A DNA stretch of 64,000 nt from an uncultured Spirochaetota bacterium (GCA_963745235.1 CAVUXE010000015.1:32001-96000), one strand, 5' to 3'; counted from the stretch's first letter, positions 1 through 11,313 are shown. The notes: a model not told the origin generated them from the letters alone. Numbers and translations: made by a program.

Positions 1-1247
1 CTGATTGACTTGTTGGCGGCGATTCCGGTGAGGACGGACCATGCGCCGTCCACGTGCGAGGCGGCACGGTTCAACGGGTCCGGCCTCGCTGTCCCGAAAA
101 TGTCCTCCAGGAGCATCACGTCTCGACCTCCGTGCCCGCCCTGCCCAGCGGCGGCCTCAACCTCGTACGGCGGAGCGAAGTGTGGACGCACAAGGATCCG
201 CGCCGTCATGGAAGGCGCGGCAATTTCTCTTTCACCGGCGGCGTCGACGTACTTCCTTTCAACGACCTCCGCTTCGAGCCTGCCCCTGGTGCCGGTGAAG
301 CTCACCCGGTATCCCTCCCACGAGGAGTATGCCACCAGCGAATAGCTCATCATGACCCCGCTCGCATACCGCACGAGCACCGCCATGGTGTCCTCGATGC
401 TGATCCCGTCCGCAAAGACGCTCTGGTCACGGAGGTACCCGTCATCCTTTTCCGCCTCGAGGTACATTGCCTTTCTCTCGGCGTCCGCGCTCAGATCGAG
501 CGCGAAAGGGTCCCCCGCGGCGTTCGCAGAACCGTAGGCACGAGAGTAGAACCTCGTGACGCCGCGCTTCTCGGCGTTCTCCCTTCCGTAAAACATCAGG
601 TCCCCGAATGCATGGACCGTTTTCGGCCGTGATGCGATCCAGAAGTTCACGAGGTCGAAGTGATGGGTCGCCTTGTGGACCAGGAGGCCGCCGCTGTTAC
701 GCCTGTCCCGGTGCCAGCGCCGGAAATAGTCGGCCCCATGAAGGGTGTCCAGGTTCCACTCGAAGTGGAGGGCGGTTACCTCGCCAATTGCGCCGTCGCG
801 GATGAGCTCGCGAAGCTTCGCGTTGTGGGGGGCATAGCGATAGTTGAGCGTTACGCGAAGGGTCCGTCCCGTCCGCGCAACCGCGTCCAGGATGGCCTGG
901 CATCTCGTTTCATCCACCGTCATGGGTTTCTCGCAGATCACGTCGCATCCCAGCTCCATGGCGCGGAGGATATAGCGGTCATGAGTCCGGTCGATCGACG
1001 TGACAATCACCACCTCGGGTTTCTCCCGTGCCACCATTTCGTCGAACTGGCCGACCCCGTAGACGGGCACCGGGTCGAGGCTGAACTTTTCCCGCAGCCT
1101 TCGATTGGCGTATTCCATGCGCGTGCGGTTCACGTCGCAGAATGCAACGAGCCGGTTCGCGGCTCTGTAGTCCCCCGCAATCGCCTCGTAGAAGAAAGGC
1201 GCCCTGCCGCCGGTCCCCACCTGCGCGAAGCGTTTTCTTTCCCCCAT
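1..1247 (-). CDS. Gfo/Idh/MocA family oxidoreductase (3' end runs off the window)
   Basis: Not in the ORF track. Manual translation from ATG at 1247 (SD AAGGAGG) gives MGERKRFAQVGTGGRA...ICEKPM...HGADYFRRWH...GGLLVHKATHHFDLVNFW: Rossmann GxGxR and EKP motifs of this family. Confidence 0.9.
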   Translation of the reverse strand, partial: MGERKRFAQVGTGGRAPFFYEAIAGDYRAANRLVAFCDVNRTRMEYANRRLREKFSLDPVPVYGVGQFDEMVAREKPEVVIVTSIDRTHDRYILRAMELGCDVICEKPMTVDETRCQAILDAVARTGRTLRVTLNYRYAPHNAKLRELIRDGAIGEVTALHFEWNLDTLHGADYFRRWHRDRRNSGGLLVHKATHHFDLVNFWIASRPKTVHAFGDLMFYGRENAEKRGVTRFYSRAYGSANAAGDPFALDLSADAERKAMYLEAEKDDGYLRDQSVFADGISIEDTMAVLVRYASGVMMSYSLVAYSSWEGYRVSFTGTRGRLEAEVVERKYVDAAGEREIAAPSMTARILVRPHFAPPYEVEAAAGQGGHGGRDVMLLEDIFGTARPDPLNRAASHVDGAWSVLTGIAANKSI

Positions 1248-1346
1248 GTGTATCCTCCTTCGACAAGCTTCCCTTTTCTTTCCTTGACACCAAATCAGGG
1301 AAGGCCATATCCTATGAGTGTGACGGTGCGCTCGCAGGTCCTGCAA

Positions 1347-1360
1347 GGTAAGCGCTTACC
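1347..1360. promoter_or_regulatory. LacI-family operator, copy 1 (GGTAAGCGCTTACC)
   Basis: Perfect 14-bp palindrome with central CG, downstream of TTGACA-18-TATCCT (1284-1313); identical copies at 4630 and 5755; LacI gene in the cluster. Confidence 0.85.
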
Positions 1361-1367
1361 ACGTGAC

Positions 1368-2258
1368 GTGCCAGTGAGAAAGGTCCACAGACGCAGCGCG
1401 GATGCTGCCGCCGGCTGGCTCTTCATTCTGGCAAGCCTTGTCGGTTTTCTCGGGTTCTACGCCCTCCCGCTCGTCAGGAACCTGGCCATCAGCTTCACCC
1501 GGTGGAACATGCTCTCCCCGGCGCATCCCGTAGGACTGGGCAACTACGCGCGTGTCCTCCATGACCCGCTTTTCTGGAACTCCTTGAAAGTAACGGTGGA
1601 GTACGTGCTTTTCAACATCCCCCTCCAGACCGTCTTCGCGCTGTTTCTCGCCGTCGTTATGGCTCGCATGACCCGCTCCATCGTCGTGCGCGGGATCCTC
1701 ATTCTCCCCTATCTCATCCCCCCCGTCGTCGTGGGGCTCGTGTGGCTGCTCATGCTGAACCCGACCCTGGGGATCATCGACATCCTCCTGCGCCTGCTCG
1801 GGCTGCCCCGGCAGCCGTTCCTCGGCTCCGCCATCCAGGCCATGCCGTCGATTGCGGGCATCAACAACTGGGAGTACACGGGGTTCAACGCCATCCTCTT
1901 CTATGCCGGCCTGCAGACGGTGCCGGAAAGCCTCTACGAGGCCGCCTCCCTGGACGGCGCCAGCGAATGGAGGATGTTCTGGACCATCAGCCTGCCGCTT
2001 CTGCGCCCGGTGACGGCGTTCGTCGTCATCACATCGATCATCGGCTCTTTCCAGGTGTTCGACACTATCGCGGTAACGACGATGGGTGGCCCGATCAACG
2101 CAACGCGGGTGGTGGTATGGTACATCTACGAGCAGGCCTTCCGGCAGTTCAGCATGGGGTATGGGGCTGCAATCGCCACCGTCCTCTTCATCGTGCTCGC
2201 GGCCATCTCGCTGGTTCAGTTCAGGTTGTTTCGGGCGGGAAGCTCGGAGCTGCAGTAG
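1368..2258 (+). CDS. Carbohydrate ABC transporter permease (MalF/UgpA-like)
   Basis: C-terminal part of ORF 660..2258; six TM segments and EAA motif (LYEAASLDGAS). Start set at GTG 1368 because ATG 1314 directly abuts the -10 box. Confidence 0.9.
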   Translation: MPVRKVHRRSADAAAGWLFILASLVGFLGFYALPLVRNLAISFTRWNMLSPAHPVGLGNYARVLHDPLFWNSLKVTVEYVLFNIPLQTVFALFLAVVMARMTRSIVVRGILILPYLIPPVVVGLVWLLMLNPTLGIIDILLRLLGLPRQPFLGSAIQAMPSIAGINNWEYTGFNAILFYAGLQTVPESLYEAASLDGASEWRMFWTISLPLLRPVTAFVVITSIIGSFQVFDTIAVTTMGGPINATRVVVWYIYEQAFRQFSMGYGAAIATVLFIVLAAISLVQFRLFRAGSSELQ

Positions 2259-2286
2259 CAGGATGAGCTCATGAGAGGAAGGCCGC

Positions 2287-3201
2287 GTGAATGAGACGAG
2301 GCTCGCAGGGTTGAAGGGCCGAACCGCAGGAACCGGCGCCCTGCGGCTGGCCGCGTGGATAGCGCTGATCCTGATCCTGGCCGTGACGCTCCTTCCTATC
2401 TGGTGGGTGCTGCGGGTCGCCCTGACCACCTCCTCGCTCCTGTTTTCCGACTGGAGCCGCTTCCTCCCCGCGGGACCCACCCTGGCCAATTTCGGCCGCG
2501 TTCTCGGGCTGATGGGAGAGACCGCGGCCATTGCCGCCGGCGGCTCGGGGCAGACCTTCCATTTCCTGCTCGCCATGCGCAACTCAATCCTGTTTACCGG
2601 GATGATCCTCTGCGGACAGCTCGCTTTCGGAGCGCTGGCGGCCTACGCCTTTGCGCGCCTGCGGTTTGCCGGGAGAGACGCCGTGTTCTTCCTCTTCGTG
2701 ACCGGCCTCATGGTCCCCGGCGTGGTGACGCTGATCCCGAACTTCGTCCTGATCCATTCGCTGGGGTGGCTCAATTCGTTTCAGGGGATGGCGGCTCCGT
2801 ATTTTCTGATGGCCCCGTTCTCCGTCTTTTTCCTTCGACAGTTCATGATCACGATCCCGCGAGAGCTGGAAGAAGCGGCAATCCTCGACGGCTCCGGGAG
2901 GCTGCGCATCCTTGCCCGGATCATCCTCCCCGTGAGCCAGCCCGCCGTCATCACCCTTGCAATCGTTGTCTTCTTTTCCACGTGGAACACGTTTCTCTGG
3001 CCATACCTTGTCGGCACCACGGAGAACGTGCGCGTGCTCACCGCGGCCCTGGTCACCTTCCAGGCCCAGACTCCGCAGGGTTCTCCGGACTGGACGGGCC
3101 TGATGGCAGGAACTGCCCTCGGAATGATCCCGCCGATAATCATTCTGCTTCTCGCGGGGCGAAGAGTGGTCGAGTCCCTTCAGTTCAGCGGCTTGAGATA
3201 G
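2287..3201 (+). CDS. Carbohydrate ABC transporter permease (MalG/UgpE-like)
   Basis: TM helices, AAYAFARLRF and ELEEAAILDGS EAA motif. Confidence 0.92.
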   Translation: MNETRLAGLKGRTAGTGALRLAAWIALILILAVTLLPIWWVLRVALTTSSLLFSDWSRFLPAGPTLANFGRVLGLMGETAAIAAGGSGQTFHFLLAMRNSILFTGMILCGQLAFGALAAYAFARLRFAGRDAVFFLFVTGLMVPGVVTLIPNFVLIHSLGWLNSFQGMAAPYFLMAPFSVFFLRQFMITIPRELEEAAILDGSGRLRILARIILPVSQPAVITLAIVVFFSTWNTFLWPYLVGTTENVRVLTAALVTFQAQTPQGSPDWTGLMAGTALGMIPPIIILLLAGRRVVESLQFSGLR

Positions 3202-3205
3202 AGGC

Positions 3206-3230
3206 GGGCCCGCGCGCGTCGCGCGGGCCC
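3206..3230. terminator. GC-rich hairpin between convergent genes (likely terminator)
   Basis: GGGCCCGCGCG-CGT-CGCGCGGGCCC, perfect 11-bp stem. Confidence 0.65.
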
Positions 3231-3240
3231 CCGACTGTCT

Positions 3241-4569
3241 TTATTGGGCGAACAGGGCATTCACCTGGTCATTGGCGGGCACAAGCGCGTCCTGCGCGGT
3301 CTGCTGCCCCGTGAAAACGGCCTGGAGAGCCGGCCTCATGATGCTGTCTACCTGCGGGCCATGTTCCGTGATCAGGAAGGGATAGGTGACCCCCGGCGTC
3401 TTTGCCTCATTCAGGAAGGGCTGAGGATTGACTCCCAACTGCTCCCGCTGCGTGTCGACTGACCTCTGCGCTCCCGCCGGTACAGCCGGGTAGATGACGC
3501 CGTATTTGCCGACTGTCTCCTGCGCTGCCGGAGTCGCCATGAACTTCATCCACTGCCAGGCCGCCTCCTGGTTCTTGGAGCCGACCCAGATGGAGTCCGC
3601 AAGGCCGTCGATCATGCTCTTTCTCCCCGCCGGACCCACCGGCAGGGGCGCAATTCCCACCTTGAACTTCGCATTCTGGACGTCCCACTTGATCATCCAG
3701 TCACCGTCCACCATGCAGGCAACCTTGCCGGAGACCAGGAGGCTCTGCGGCCCTGTCTGCGGGATGTCCGCAAATGCCGGTGAGAAGCCGTTCTTCAGGC
3801 TGAGGTCCGCGTATCACTGGATGGTCTTGATGAGCCGCTGGTCATCATAGTTGTAGTGGGTCCCCCAGACGGGGGCATTCGTGTACCACCACCCCGTGGA
3901 CACCGCGAAGCTGGTCCACTGGGGGTGGCCCGCCGCGCTCGCCCCTTCCACGTAGGAAGCCAGGAACCCGTACTGGGAGACAGAGCTCTTGTCGAAGCTC
4001 GGGCTCAGCCCGTTGTTCCCGCTGCCGTCCAGCGTGAGCCGGGCAATCACCTTCTGGAACGTTCCCCCGTCCTCAGGGTTCCAGGTGAGGTTGTTCATCT
4101 CCCGAGCCGAGATCCCCGCTTTTTTCAGCATTTCCGTGTTGTACATGAGGGCTTCGGTGTCCCAGTCCTTCGGAAGCCCGTACCTCTTCCCGTTGTGGGT
4201 CCAGAGGTCGGCGAGCGTCGGGAAGTAGATCCCTGTGGGCACGTGATCCCTTTGCACCAGCGGCTCGATGTCGACGATCTGGTTGTTCGCCGAGAAAACC
4301 GGATAGTAGAAAAGGTGGTCGGTGAACACGTCAGGGGCCGTTCCCGCCACGAGCTCGGTCTGCAGCTTCGGCCAGTAGTTCGGCCAGCCGTCCTGCTCGA
4401 ACTTGATGACGATGTCCGGATGGGCCCTGTGGAATGCGTCCGCTACCGCCTGATACTGGGGAATCTGGCTGGCGTCCCAGAGCGCGTAGCGCAGCACCGT
4501 GGGATCCGCGCCGAACGCTCCAGCCGAAGCGGCAAGGGACAGGAAAAGGACAAAGCACGTCGATTTCAT
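3241..4569 (-). CDS. Sugar ABC substrate-binding protein interrupted by one in-frame TGA (3814-3816)
   Basis: Signal peptide MKSTCFVLFLSLAASAGAFG with SD; PDVF and YGLP..D...LMYN motifs. ORFs 3814..4629 and 3241..3714 share one frame: KTIQ*YADLSLKNG. Confidence 0.85.
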
Positions 4570-4628
4570 ACTTATCCTCCTCTGTCGTGAGAATCTCTTG
4601 TCTTCTCTAGAGAGAGTCTCTTTTTCCA

Positions 4629-4644
4629 TGGTAAGCGCTTACCA
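4629..4644. promoter_or_regulatory. LacI operator, copy 2, overlapping the sigma70 promoter of the binding-protein gene
   Basis: TGGTAAGCGCTTACCA palindrome inside minus-strand TTGACT-17-TACCAT. Confidence 0.85.
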
Positions 4645-4666
4645 CAAAATAGTCAAGTTCTTTCCT

Positions 4667-5695
4667 TCAGCTCGTTTCCCTCATGACAAGCCGGGCGTCG
4701 ATGGAGCGCCGAATGGGCTCGGATGACCGAAAGCCGTCCCGGCGAAGATCCAGGAAGGCCTTTGCGGCCAGGTGGCCGACGGTCTTCATGCGCAGGTCCA
4801 CGGCCGTGAGACGAGGCCGGGAGAGCTCCGACACGAACGTGTTGTCGACGCTGATGACGGCGATGTCCTCGGGCACTCTCGCTCCGAAGGCCAGCGCTCC
4901 CTGGACCACTCCCAGGGCAATCAGGTCGTTGCCCGCCAGCACGGCCTGGGGAGCCTTCCTGCCCCTGAGCAGATCGGTAATAAGGGCCGCTGAATCATGG
5001 ACCGCCCCCGGACTGTTGGGCCGCTTTACGCGCGCCACCATCTGGTCCGAGTCCGCGAGACCGTGGGTGCGCGCAAACTGCCGGAAGAGCCGCTCCTTGA
5101 GCTCGAAGGAGTAGTTCGCGCCGCCCCGAAAGAGCGCGATCCGCCGCTTGTCCGTTTCCACGAAGCGCTCGAGGGCCTCCCGGAGTCCCGGCTCCTGGGC
5201 GCATCGCACGACATGGTATGGCGAGTCCTGCGCTAGGTGCTCGTTGACGAGGATGATGGGCACGTGAAGGCTCAGCTGCTCGTCGAGATAGTGGTTGCGC
5301 CGCGTATTCACCGAGGGTCCCTCGACCACGATGATGGCGTCCACCCTCCACTGGATGAGCCCCCGGACGGCTTCGCGTTCCAGCTCGGGCGTGTCGTAGC
5401 TGCAGCTCAGATGGACGAACACCCCGTGACGCGCAAGGGCACCGATGATGGCGTCCACCACTTCCGTATGGTAGGGATTGGAGAGGAAAGGGACAATGAT
5501 GCCCACCGAGTCGGTGGTGGCCTTCATCAAGCCGCGGGCAAAGACGTTCGGCTTGTAGCCCAGCTTCTTGATTGCCTGTTCCACCTTGCGCCTGGTGCCG
5601 GCGCTGACGGGATGGCCGTCATTGTTGATGACACGGGAGACCGTGGCCGTGGAGACGCCGGCCGCCCTGGCCACATCATCTATTCTTTTGCCCAT
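4667..5695 (-). CDS. LacI family transcriptional regulator
   Basis: MGKRIDDVARAAGVSTATVSRVIN HTH, LGYKPNVFARGL hinge, periplasmic-binding-protein-like C-domain (NDLIALG, VPEDIAVISVD). Confidence 0.95.
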   Translation of the reverse strand: MGKRIDDVARAAGVSTATVSRVINNDGHPVSAGTRRKVEQAIKKLGYKPNVFARGLMKATTDSVGIIVPFLSNPYHTEVVDAIIGALARHGVFVHLSCSYDTPELEREAVRGLIQWRVDAIIVVEGPSVNTRRNHYLDEQLSLHVPIILVNEHLAQDSPYHVVRCAQEPGLREALERFVETDKRRIALFRGGANYSFELKERLFRQFARTHGLADSDQMVARVKRPNSPGAVHDSAALITDLLRGRKAPQAVLAGNDLIALGVVQGALAFGARVPEDIAVISVDNTFVSELSRPRLTAVDLRMKTVGHLAAKAFLDLRRDGFRSSEPIRRSIDARLVMRETS

Positions 5696-5754
5696 CGCTC
5701 TCCCCGGGGAGGCTACGCCAATCCCGGTGGAATGGCAAGGGGCTTGACACCGAA

Positions 5755-5768
5755 GGTAAGCGCTTACC
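5755..5768. promoter_or_regulatory. LacI operator, copy 3
   Basis: GGTAAGCGCTTACC between the divergent lacI-like and AKR genes, just after TTGACA (5744-5749). Confidence 0.85.
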
Positions 5769-5812
5769 ACATTGAAAAAGGCCGCGCTTGACGGCGGCCG
5801 GGAGGTGAGCCA

Positions 5813-6829
5813 ATGGAATACCGCAACCTCGGGAAAACCGGTCTCCGCGTGAGCGAGCTGTGCCTGGGGGCCATGACCCTGGGACGGGAAGCCTCGGAAA
5901 GCGAAAGCTTCGAGATCCTGGATGGCTTCGCCGAGGCCGGCGGCAACTTCATCGACACGGCGAACGTGTACGCGGGAGGCGCCTCCGAAGAGGTGGTCGG
6001 AAAATGGCTCTCGCGGCGCCGCCGGGAGGATTTCGTGATCGCAACAAAAGTCTGCTTTTCGATGGGCTCCGGTCCCAACGACGTGGGCCTGAGCAGGAAG
6101 CATATCATGAGCGCGGTCCGCGAAAGTCTGCGCCGCATCGGGACCGACTACATCGACCTCTACCAGGTCCATGCGTGGGATCCAGCCACCCCGCTCGAGG
6201 AGACGCTGGGCGCGCTGAATGACCTGGTCCGCAGCGGCCTGGTTCGCTACATCGGGGCGAGTAATTTCCGGGGCTGGCAGCTGCAGAAGGCGCTCGACGT
6301 GTCGCGCCAGAGCGGATGGAACCTCTTCTGCAGCCTTCAGCCCCAGTACAACCTCATGTGCCGCGCCACGGAATACGAGCTGATCCCCCTCTGCCGCGCC
6401 GAAGGTCTCGGGGTGATGCCGTGGAGCCCGTTGCGCGGAGGTTGGCTCTCCGGTCGATACCGCCGCGGGATGGACAAGCCGCCGGAGGGGTCGCGGGTCG
6501 CCATGGCGGAGAAGATGGGCTGGAGTGAGAACTGGAGCCGCTACAACAACGAGCATACCTGGAAGCTGATCGACGAGCTCGTCTCCGTTGCAAGGGCCGT
6601 GGGAAAAACGCCCGGGCAGACGGCGCTCCGTTGGGTGATGCAAAGGCCCGGCGTGACCGCTCCCATCATCGGCGCCCGTTCCCCTGCCCAGCTGGCGGAG
6701 AATCTGGGAACAACCGGCTGGGCGTTGAACGCCGAGCATGTCGGGTGCCTGGACGCCGCAAGCGCAACCGTGGTTTCCTATCCGTACGATGATGCGGCAG
6801 AGAAGCAGCAGCGGGCGGGCCGGGCATAG
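5813..6829 (+). CDS. Aldo/keto reductase
   Basis: [46 protein letters not shown] motifs. Confidence 0.95.
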   Translation: MEYRNLGKTGLRVSELCLGAMTLGREASESESFEILDGFAEAGGNFIDTANVYAGGASEEVVGKWLSRRRREDFVIATKVCFSMGSGPNDVGLSRKHIMSAVRESLRRIGTDYIDLYQVHAWDPATPLEETLGALNDLVRSGLVRYIGASNFRGWQLQKALDVSRQSGWNLFCSLQPQYNLMCRATEYELIPLCRAEGLGVMPWSPLRGGWLSGRYRRGMDKPPEGSRVAMAEKMGWSENWSRYNNEHTWKLIDELVSVARAVGKTPGQTALRWVMQRPGVTAPIIGARSPAQLAENLGTTGWALNAEHVGCLDAASATVVSYPYDDAAEKQQRAGRA

Positions 6830-6834
6830 CCGTC

Positions 6835-8134
6835 ATGGATAAGATAACCTTCCTCGGGGCAGGCAGCACCATTTTCGCACGGAACGTCCTGGGGGACTGC
6901 ATGCTCACCCCTTCCCTTCAGAGATTCGAGTATGCGCTTTTCGATATTGACCAGGTCCGCCTGGCCGACTCCACGGCAATGCTGGAAGCGATCAACCGCA
7001 ACGTCAACGATTGCCGCGCCAGGATAGTCCCCTACTCCGACAGGCGCGCTGCCCTGGCCGGCGCGAAGTTCGTCGTGAACGCAGTGCAGGTGGGGGGATA
7101 TGAGCCGTCCACCGTCATCGATTTCGAGATCCCGAGGAAGTACGGGCTGCGCCAGACCATCGGGGACACGCTTGGAATCGGAGGGATTTTTCGCGCCCTG
7201 CGCACCATTCCTGTTGTTCTGGACTTTGCGCGCGATATGAGGGATGTGTGTCCGGACGCGCTTTTCCTGAACTACTCCAACCCCATGGCCATGCTCACCG
7301 GAGCCCTCCTCCTGCACGGCGGAGTTCGCGCGGTGGGGTTGTGCCACAGCGTCCAGGTGTGCGTCCCGCACCTTTTCCGGGACCTTGGCATGGACCCCTC
7401 CGGCGTCGAGTCACAGATCGCCGGGATCAACCATATGGCGTGGCTTCTGAAGGTGGAGAAAGACGGTGTTGACCTCTACCCCGAGGTGAAGAGGCGGGCG
7501 GGCAGCGCGGCCCACTCCCCATGCGGACATGGTGCGATACGAGATCATGCGGAGGTTCGGCTTCTACGTCACGGAGTCAAGCGAGCACAACGCGGAATAC
7601 AACCCGTGGTTCATCAAGAGGCGCTACCCCGAGTTGATCGAGCGCTACGCGATCCCCCTGGACGAGTACCCCCGGCGGTGCATCAGGCAGATCGAGGACT
7701 GGAAGATGATGCGGGAGAAGCTGACGCGGGACCCCGAGCTGCGGCACACGCGAACGCATGAGTACGCCTCCTACATCATGAACGCGGTGCAGACCGACGT
7801 GCCGTTCCGCATCGCCGGGAACGTGCTGAACGAAGGTCTCATCCCGAACCTGCCGCGCGAGGCGTGCGTGGAGGTGCCCTGCATGGTGGACAGAACGGGG
7901 ATCAGCCCGTGCCGGGTCGGGGCGCTGCCGGTGCAGCTTGCGGCGCTGAACATGACGAACATCAACGTGCAGCTGGTCACCGTCGAAGCGACCATCAAGG
8001 GGCGCAGGGACATGGTCTACCAGGCGGCGCTCCTGGATCCGCACACCGCCGCGGAGCTTTCCCTGGACGACGTGGTAAAGCTCTGCGACGACCTGATTCA
8101 CGCGCACGGCAGCTGGATCCCGCCGCTCGCGTAA
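6835..8134 (+). CDS. melA: Alpha-galactosidase, glycoside hydrolase family 4 (frameshift near 7500-7520)
   Basis: KITFLGAGS, QTIGDTLGIGGIFRALRT, NYSNPM, GLCHSVQ, AGINHMAW in ORF 6835..7761; continues in ORF 7529..8134 (TESSEHNAEY, CVEVPC, LDPHTAAEL). Confidence 0.9.
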
Positions 8135-8179
8135 GGGGCAGCACGGGGCTCCAGAAGCGAAATGCCGCATGTCGCCTTT

Positions 8180-9029
8180 CTATGTCATGAGTTTTTTGAG
8201 AAACGCCAGGCCGTCCTTTGCAAGCGCTTCGGGGCTGGCCGCCAGCGGCCGCCACACTGCCGCGGCTCGCGCAATTTCCTTCACCTCCGTGGAGAAGGAC
8301 TCGATCACCATTGAGCCGTCGAACCTGATCTTTTTCAGGGCAGCGGCGATCTCCGCCCAGGAGACGTGCCCGCTGCCCGGGAGTCCCGCGGTCATTTTCG
8401 TTCGCGTGAACGTGGACCATGAGCGGCCCCGCCAGCTCGATGGCCTTCCCGAGGCTCTTCTCCTCGATGTTCGCGTGAAACGTGTCAATCATGATCTTGA
8501 CGCGCGGGCTGTCGATCATGCGGTGAAGCTCGATTGCCTGCTCGGTGAGATTGATGAAGCTCGTCTCGAACCTGTTCAGCGGCTCAAGGGCAAGCGTGAT
8601 CCCCTTTTCCTCGGCGTAGCGCGCCACCTGCTTCAGGTTCTTCGCGCAGCGCTCCAGCTCACGCGTGTGCTGCTCCGGGGAGGCCTGCCACGTCCGTCCC
8701 ACGGCAGCGTACAGCGGGCCAACCACGATGGGTGACCCCATGGCTGCCGCGGCGTCGATGAGGTGCTTCATGTAGGACACGGCGCCTTTCTGGATGGCCT
8801 CATCATCATGGGAAGGGTCGCGTCCTGCCCCCATGACGGCGCAGATCGATGCCTTCAGGCCGGTCCGCTTGTATGCTTCCGCCGCCTTGCCGTAGTCGAT
8901 ATCCTGCTCTCCCTCGATCGGAATCTCCAGGAGGTCGAAGCCAAGGGATCTCGCCTTATCCAGCAGGGGGAGGTCCTTCGTCCTGAAGGGCGATGCCCAC
9001 ATGAATGTATTGACTCCGAATGTGATCAT
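8180..9029 (-). CDS. Sugar phosphate isomerase/epimerase, D-psicose/D-tagatose 3-epimerase-like (frameshift near 8385)
   Basis: LEPLNRFET, DTFHANIEE, HVHANENDRGTPG, then SGHVSW...VIESF...AAVWRPL in ORF 8180..8488. Confidence 0.85.
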
Positions 9030-9045
9030 GGCGTGACCTGCGCTT

Positions 9046-11166
9046 TCACCGTGCCCCCGCCTTCGAGTCGAGGCTCGCGGCCTCCGTTTGCGCCGGTACT
9101 GACACGGACGGCCCGGTCACGCCCTCCCCGTCCGTCTTGATCCTGAACTGCCCGACCAGGCTCTGCAGGTCCTGGGCCCACCGGGACTGCTCTCCCGTGG
9201 CGCTTGACATCTCCTGGGCAGAGGAGGCAGCCGCCTGGGTCAGCTCGTTCACGTGCTCGACCGCCCGCGAAACCTGTCTCGCGTTGGCCGTCTGTTCCTC
9301 CGCGGCGGTCGAGATACTCTGACTCATCTCACTGACCTCCCGCAGCGCTCCTGCCAGCTCGCGAATCGCGACGATCTGCCTCGACATCGAGCCCGACAGC
9401 TCCCCGATCATCTGTTGCACCTTCTGCGACCCCGCTTTGATCTGCTCCATGGCGCCCTGCGAGCCGTGGGCCACCTGTACTCCCTGGGTGACGTTCTTCA
9501 CGCTTTCCCTTATCAGCCCTTCGATCTCTTTCGTGGAAGCGGCGGATCGGTCGGCAAGCTTGCTCACCTCCTGGGCCACCACGGCGAACCCCCGCCCGTG
9601 CTCCCCGGCTCGGGCCGCCTCAATGGAGGCGTTGAGAGCCAGCAGGTTCGTCTGGTCCGCGATATCGGAGATCACGTTCACTATCCCCCCGATCTTCTCC
9701 GAGCTATCGGCGATCCGCGTAATGCCCGCGGCCACCTCGCTGACCGCGGCCGCGCCTTCCTGTGACTTCTCCACGGACTGGTTGGCGAGGGTCGAGATCT
9801 CTCCCAGGCTGCGCGAAACCTCCTCGATTGCTCTCTGCACCTGCTCCATGGAAGCCCCGCCCTTGTTGACCGAAGTCACCTGCTTCTGCACGTGCTCTCT
9901 GACCTGGTCGACGCTGGCGGCGAGCTCCTCCACGGACGCCGAGGTCTGCTCCAGGGTGGAGGCCTCGCTCTGCGCCCCTTCCGCCAGGGACTGCGCGTTT
10001 GCGGAAATCTGCTCACTCGAAGCCGCCACCCGGTGAGCACTCTCCTGCACGGTGGCTACCATGGAGGAGAGGCGTGAGGACATGGCGTTCAGCGCTTCGC
10101 CCAGTCTCCCCACCTCATCGCGCCTGCTGATCGCCAGCCTCTGGGTAAAGTCCCCTGAGGCGATGGCCTGGGCGAATGCGACGCTCCGGGCCAGGGAGAC
10201 GGTGATGGAGCGGGAGAACAGAAGGTAGATGAAGAAAGCGACGATCACCGCCGCCACGCTGATCACGAGGAAAAGGTCGCGCAGGCTCGTGGCGGTGAGG
10301 GTATAGGTATCGTCGGCTGCCTCCATGGACAGTGCGACGCTCCAGCCGACGCTCGTCGCCGGCGCAAAACCGGCTTTCATCGGGATCCCCTCGAAGACAT
10401 AAGAGGCAACTCCGCTCTCGCCGGCAATCATCTCCTTGGCGAGCTCCCTGGTTCCGCTGGTCTGAAGGAGGTTCAGCTTGAGGATGTACTGCGGCTTCGG
10501 GTGCGCGATGACTGTGCCCGTGGTATCGACCACGTACGCGTAGCCCGTGGTTCCGATCTTTTCGTTCTTGATGACGTCCGTGAGGAAGCTGATGTTGATG
10601 AGTGTCGCATAGACCCCCACAACGGTGTCGGTGTCGGGATCGCGGATGGGAGAAGCAATGGGGACAACGGGCAGGTTGGTGATCTTGCTGAAGAAAACCT
10701 GCCCGATGTACGGCGCCCCGCTCATCGCTTTTGAGAAATACTCCGTGTCCGCAATCGACACGCCTACCCATCTGGCCATGGAGGAGGCGAAAACGTTGCC
10801 GTCCCTGCCCGCGACGATTGCGGCCTCGTACGTCCAGTGTATCTGAGTGTTCTTGTCGAAGGGGGAGAGCTTCTTCCCGACTGCCCCGACGATGTCGCCT
10901 GACTTCGTCACTCCCTTGGTGTCCACGCTCCTGGCCGCCTCGATGATGTCGAAATCGTTGGCCATGCTCAGCGAGAACCTTCTCTCTTCCACAAATACGT
11001 TGTCGATGATCCGGGCGATCTCCCCGGACCTGGCGATCATCTGATCGCCGCCCAGCCGTGAAAGAGCTGCACTGGACCGGGTGATTGCCAGGAAGGCAAG
11101 AAGCGCGAGGGGAACGACCATGAGGACCGTGCCCACTGCCACGAGCTTGAAGCCGATGCGTTTCAT
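9046..11166 (-). CDS. Methyl-accepting chemotaxis protein (TM-dCache-TM-HAMP-signalling)
   Basis: Two TM segments, GYAYVVD..G..IAHP Cache motif, [30 protein letters not shown] hairpin tip. Confidence 0.95.
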   Translation of the reverse strand: MKRIGFKLVAVGTVLMVVPLALLAFLAITRSSAALSRLGGDQMIARSGEIARIIDNVFVEERRFSLSMANDFDIIEAARSVDTKGVTKSGDIVGAVGKKLSPFDKNTQIHWTYEAAIVAGRDGNVFASSMARWVGVSIADTEYFSKAMSGAPYIGQVFFSKITNLPVVPIASPIRDPDTDTVVGVYATLINISFLTDVIKNEKIGTTGYAYVVDTTGTVIAHPKPQYILKLNLLQTSGTRELAKEMIAGESGVASYVFEGIPMKAGFAPATSVGWSVALSMEAADDTYTLTATSLRDLFLVISVAAVIVAFFIYLLFSRSITVSLARSVAFAQAIASGDFTQRLAISRRDEVGRLGEALNAMSSRLSSMVATVQESAHRVAASSEQISANAQSLAEGAQSEASTLEQTSASVEELAASVDQVREHVQKQVTSVNKGGASMEQVQRAIEEVSRSLGEISTLANQSVEKSQEGAAAVSEVAAGITRIADSSEKIGGIVNVISDIADQTNLLALNASIEAARAGEHGRGFAVVAQEVSKLADRSAASTKEIEGLIRESVKNVTQGVQVAHGSQGAMEQIKAGSQKVQQMIGELSGSMSRQIVAIRELAGALREVSEMSQSISTAAEEQTANARQVSRAVEHVNELTQAAASSAQEMSSATGEQSRWAQDLQSLVGQFRIKTDGEGVTGPSVSVPAQTEAASLDSKAGAR

Positions 11167-11313
11167 TCAGCCGCCTCCATTCCCCCTGAGGCAGGGCGCC
11201 GCTCCGTCAAGAGGAATTGCGCTGCGGCGGGGCGGTTCCCGCCCATTTCTCATTGTGCTGATTTCTCCCGATCCCCGCAAGTCCTGCTCGTCCATTCGTG
11301 GTCCGACACGATG

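Noticed and set aside
660-1367. N-terminal extension of ORF 660..2258
   Set aside because: It is the antisense shadow of the Gfo/Idh/MocA gene plus the promoter and operator region.
3814-3816. Genome-wide TGA recoding or selenocysteine
   Set aside because: Many genes here end in TGA and use TGG for Trp; the site looks like a Trp, not Cys, position and I saw no convincing SECIS hairpin.
5696-6739. Apparent 690-aa LacI fusion
   Set aside because: The extra part is antisense to the AKR gene; the HTH starts at 5695.
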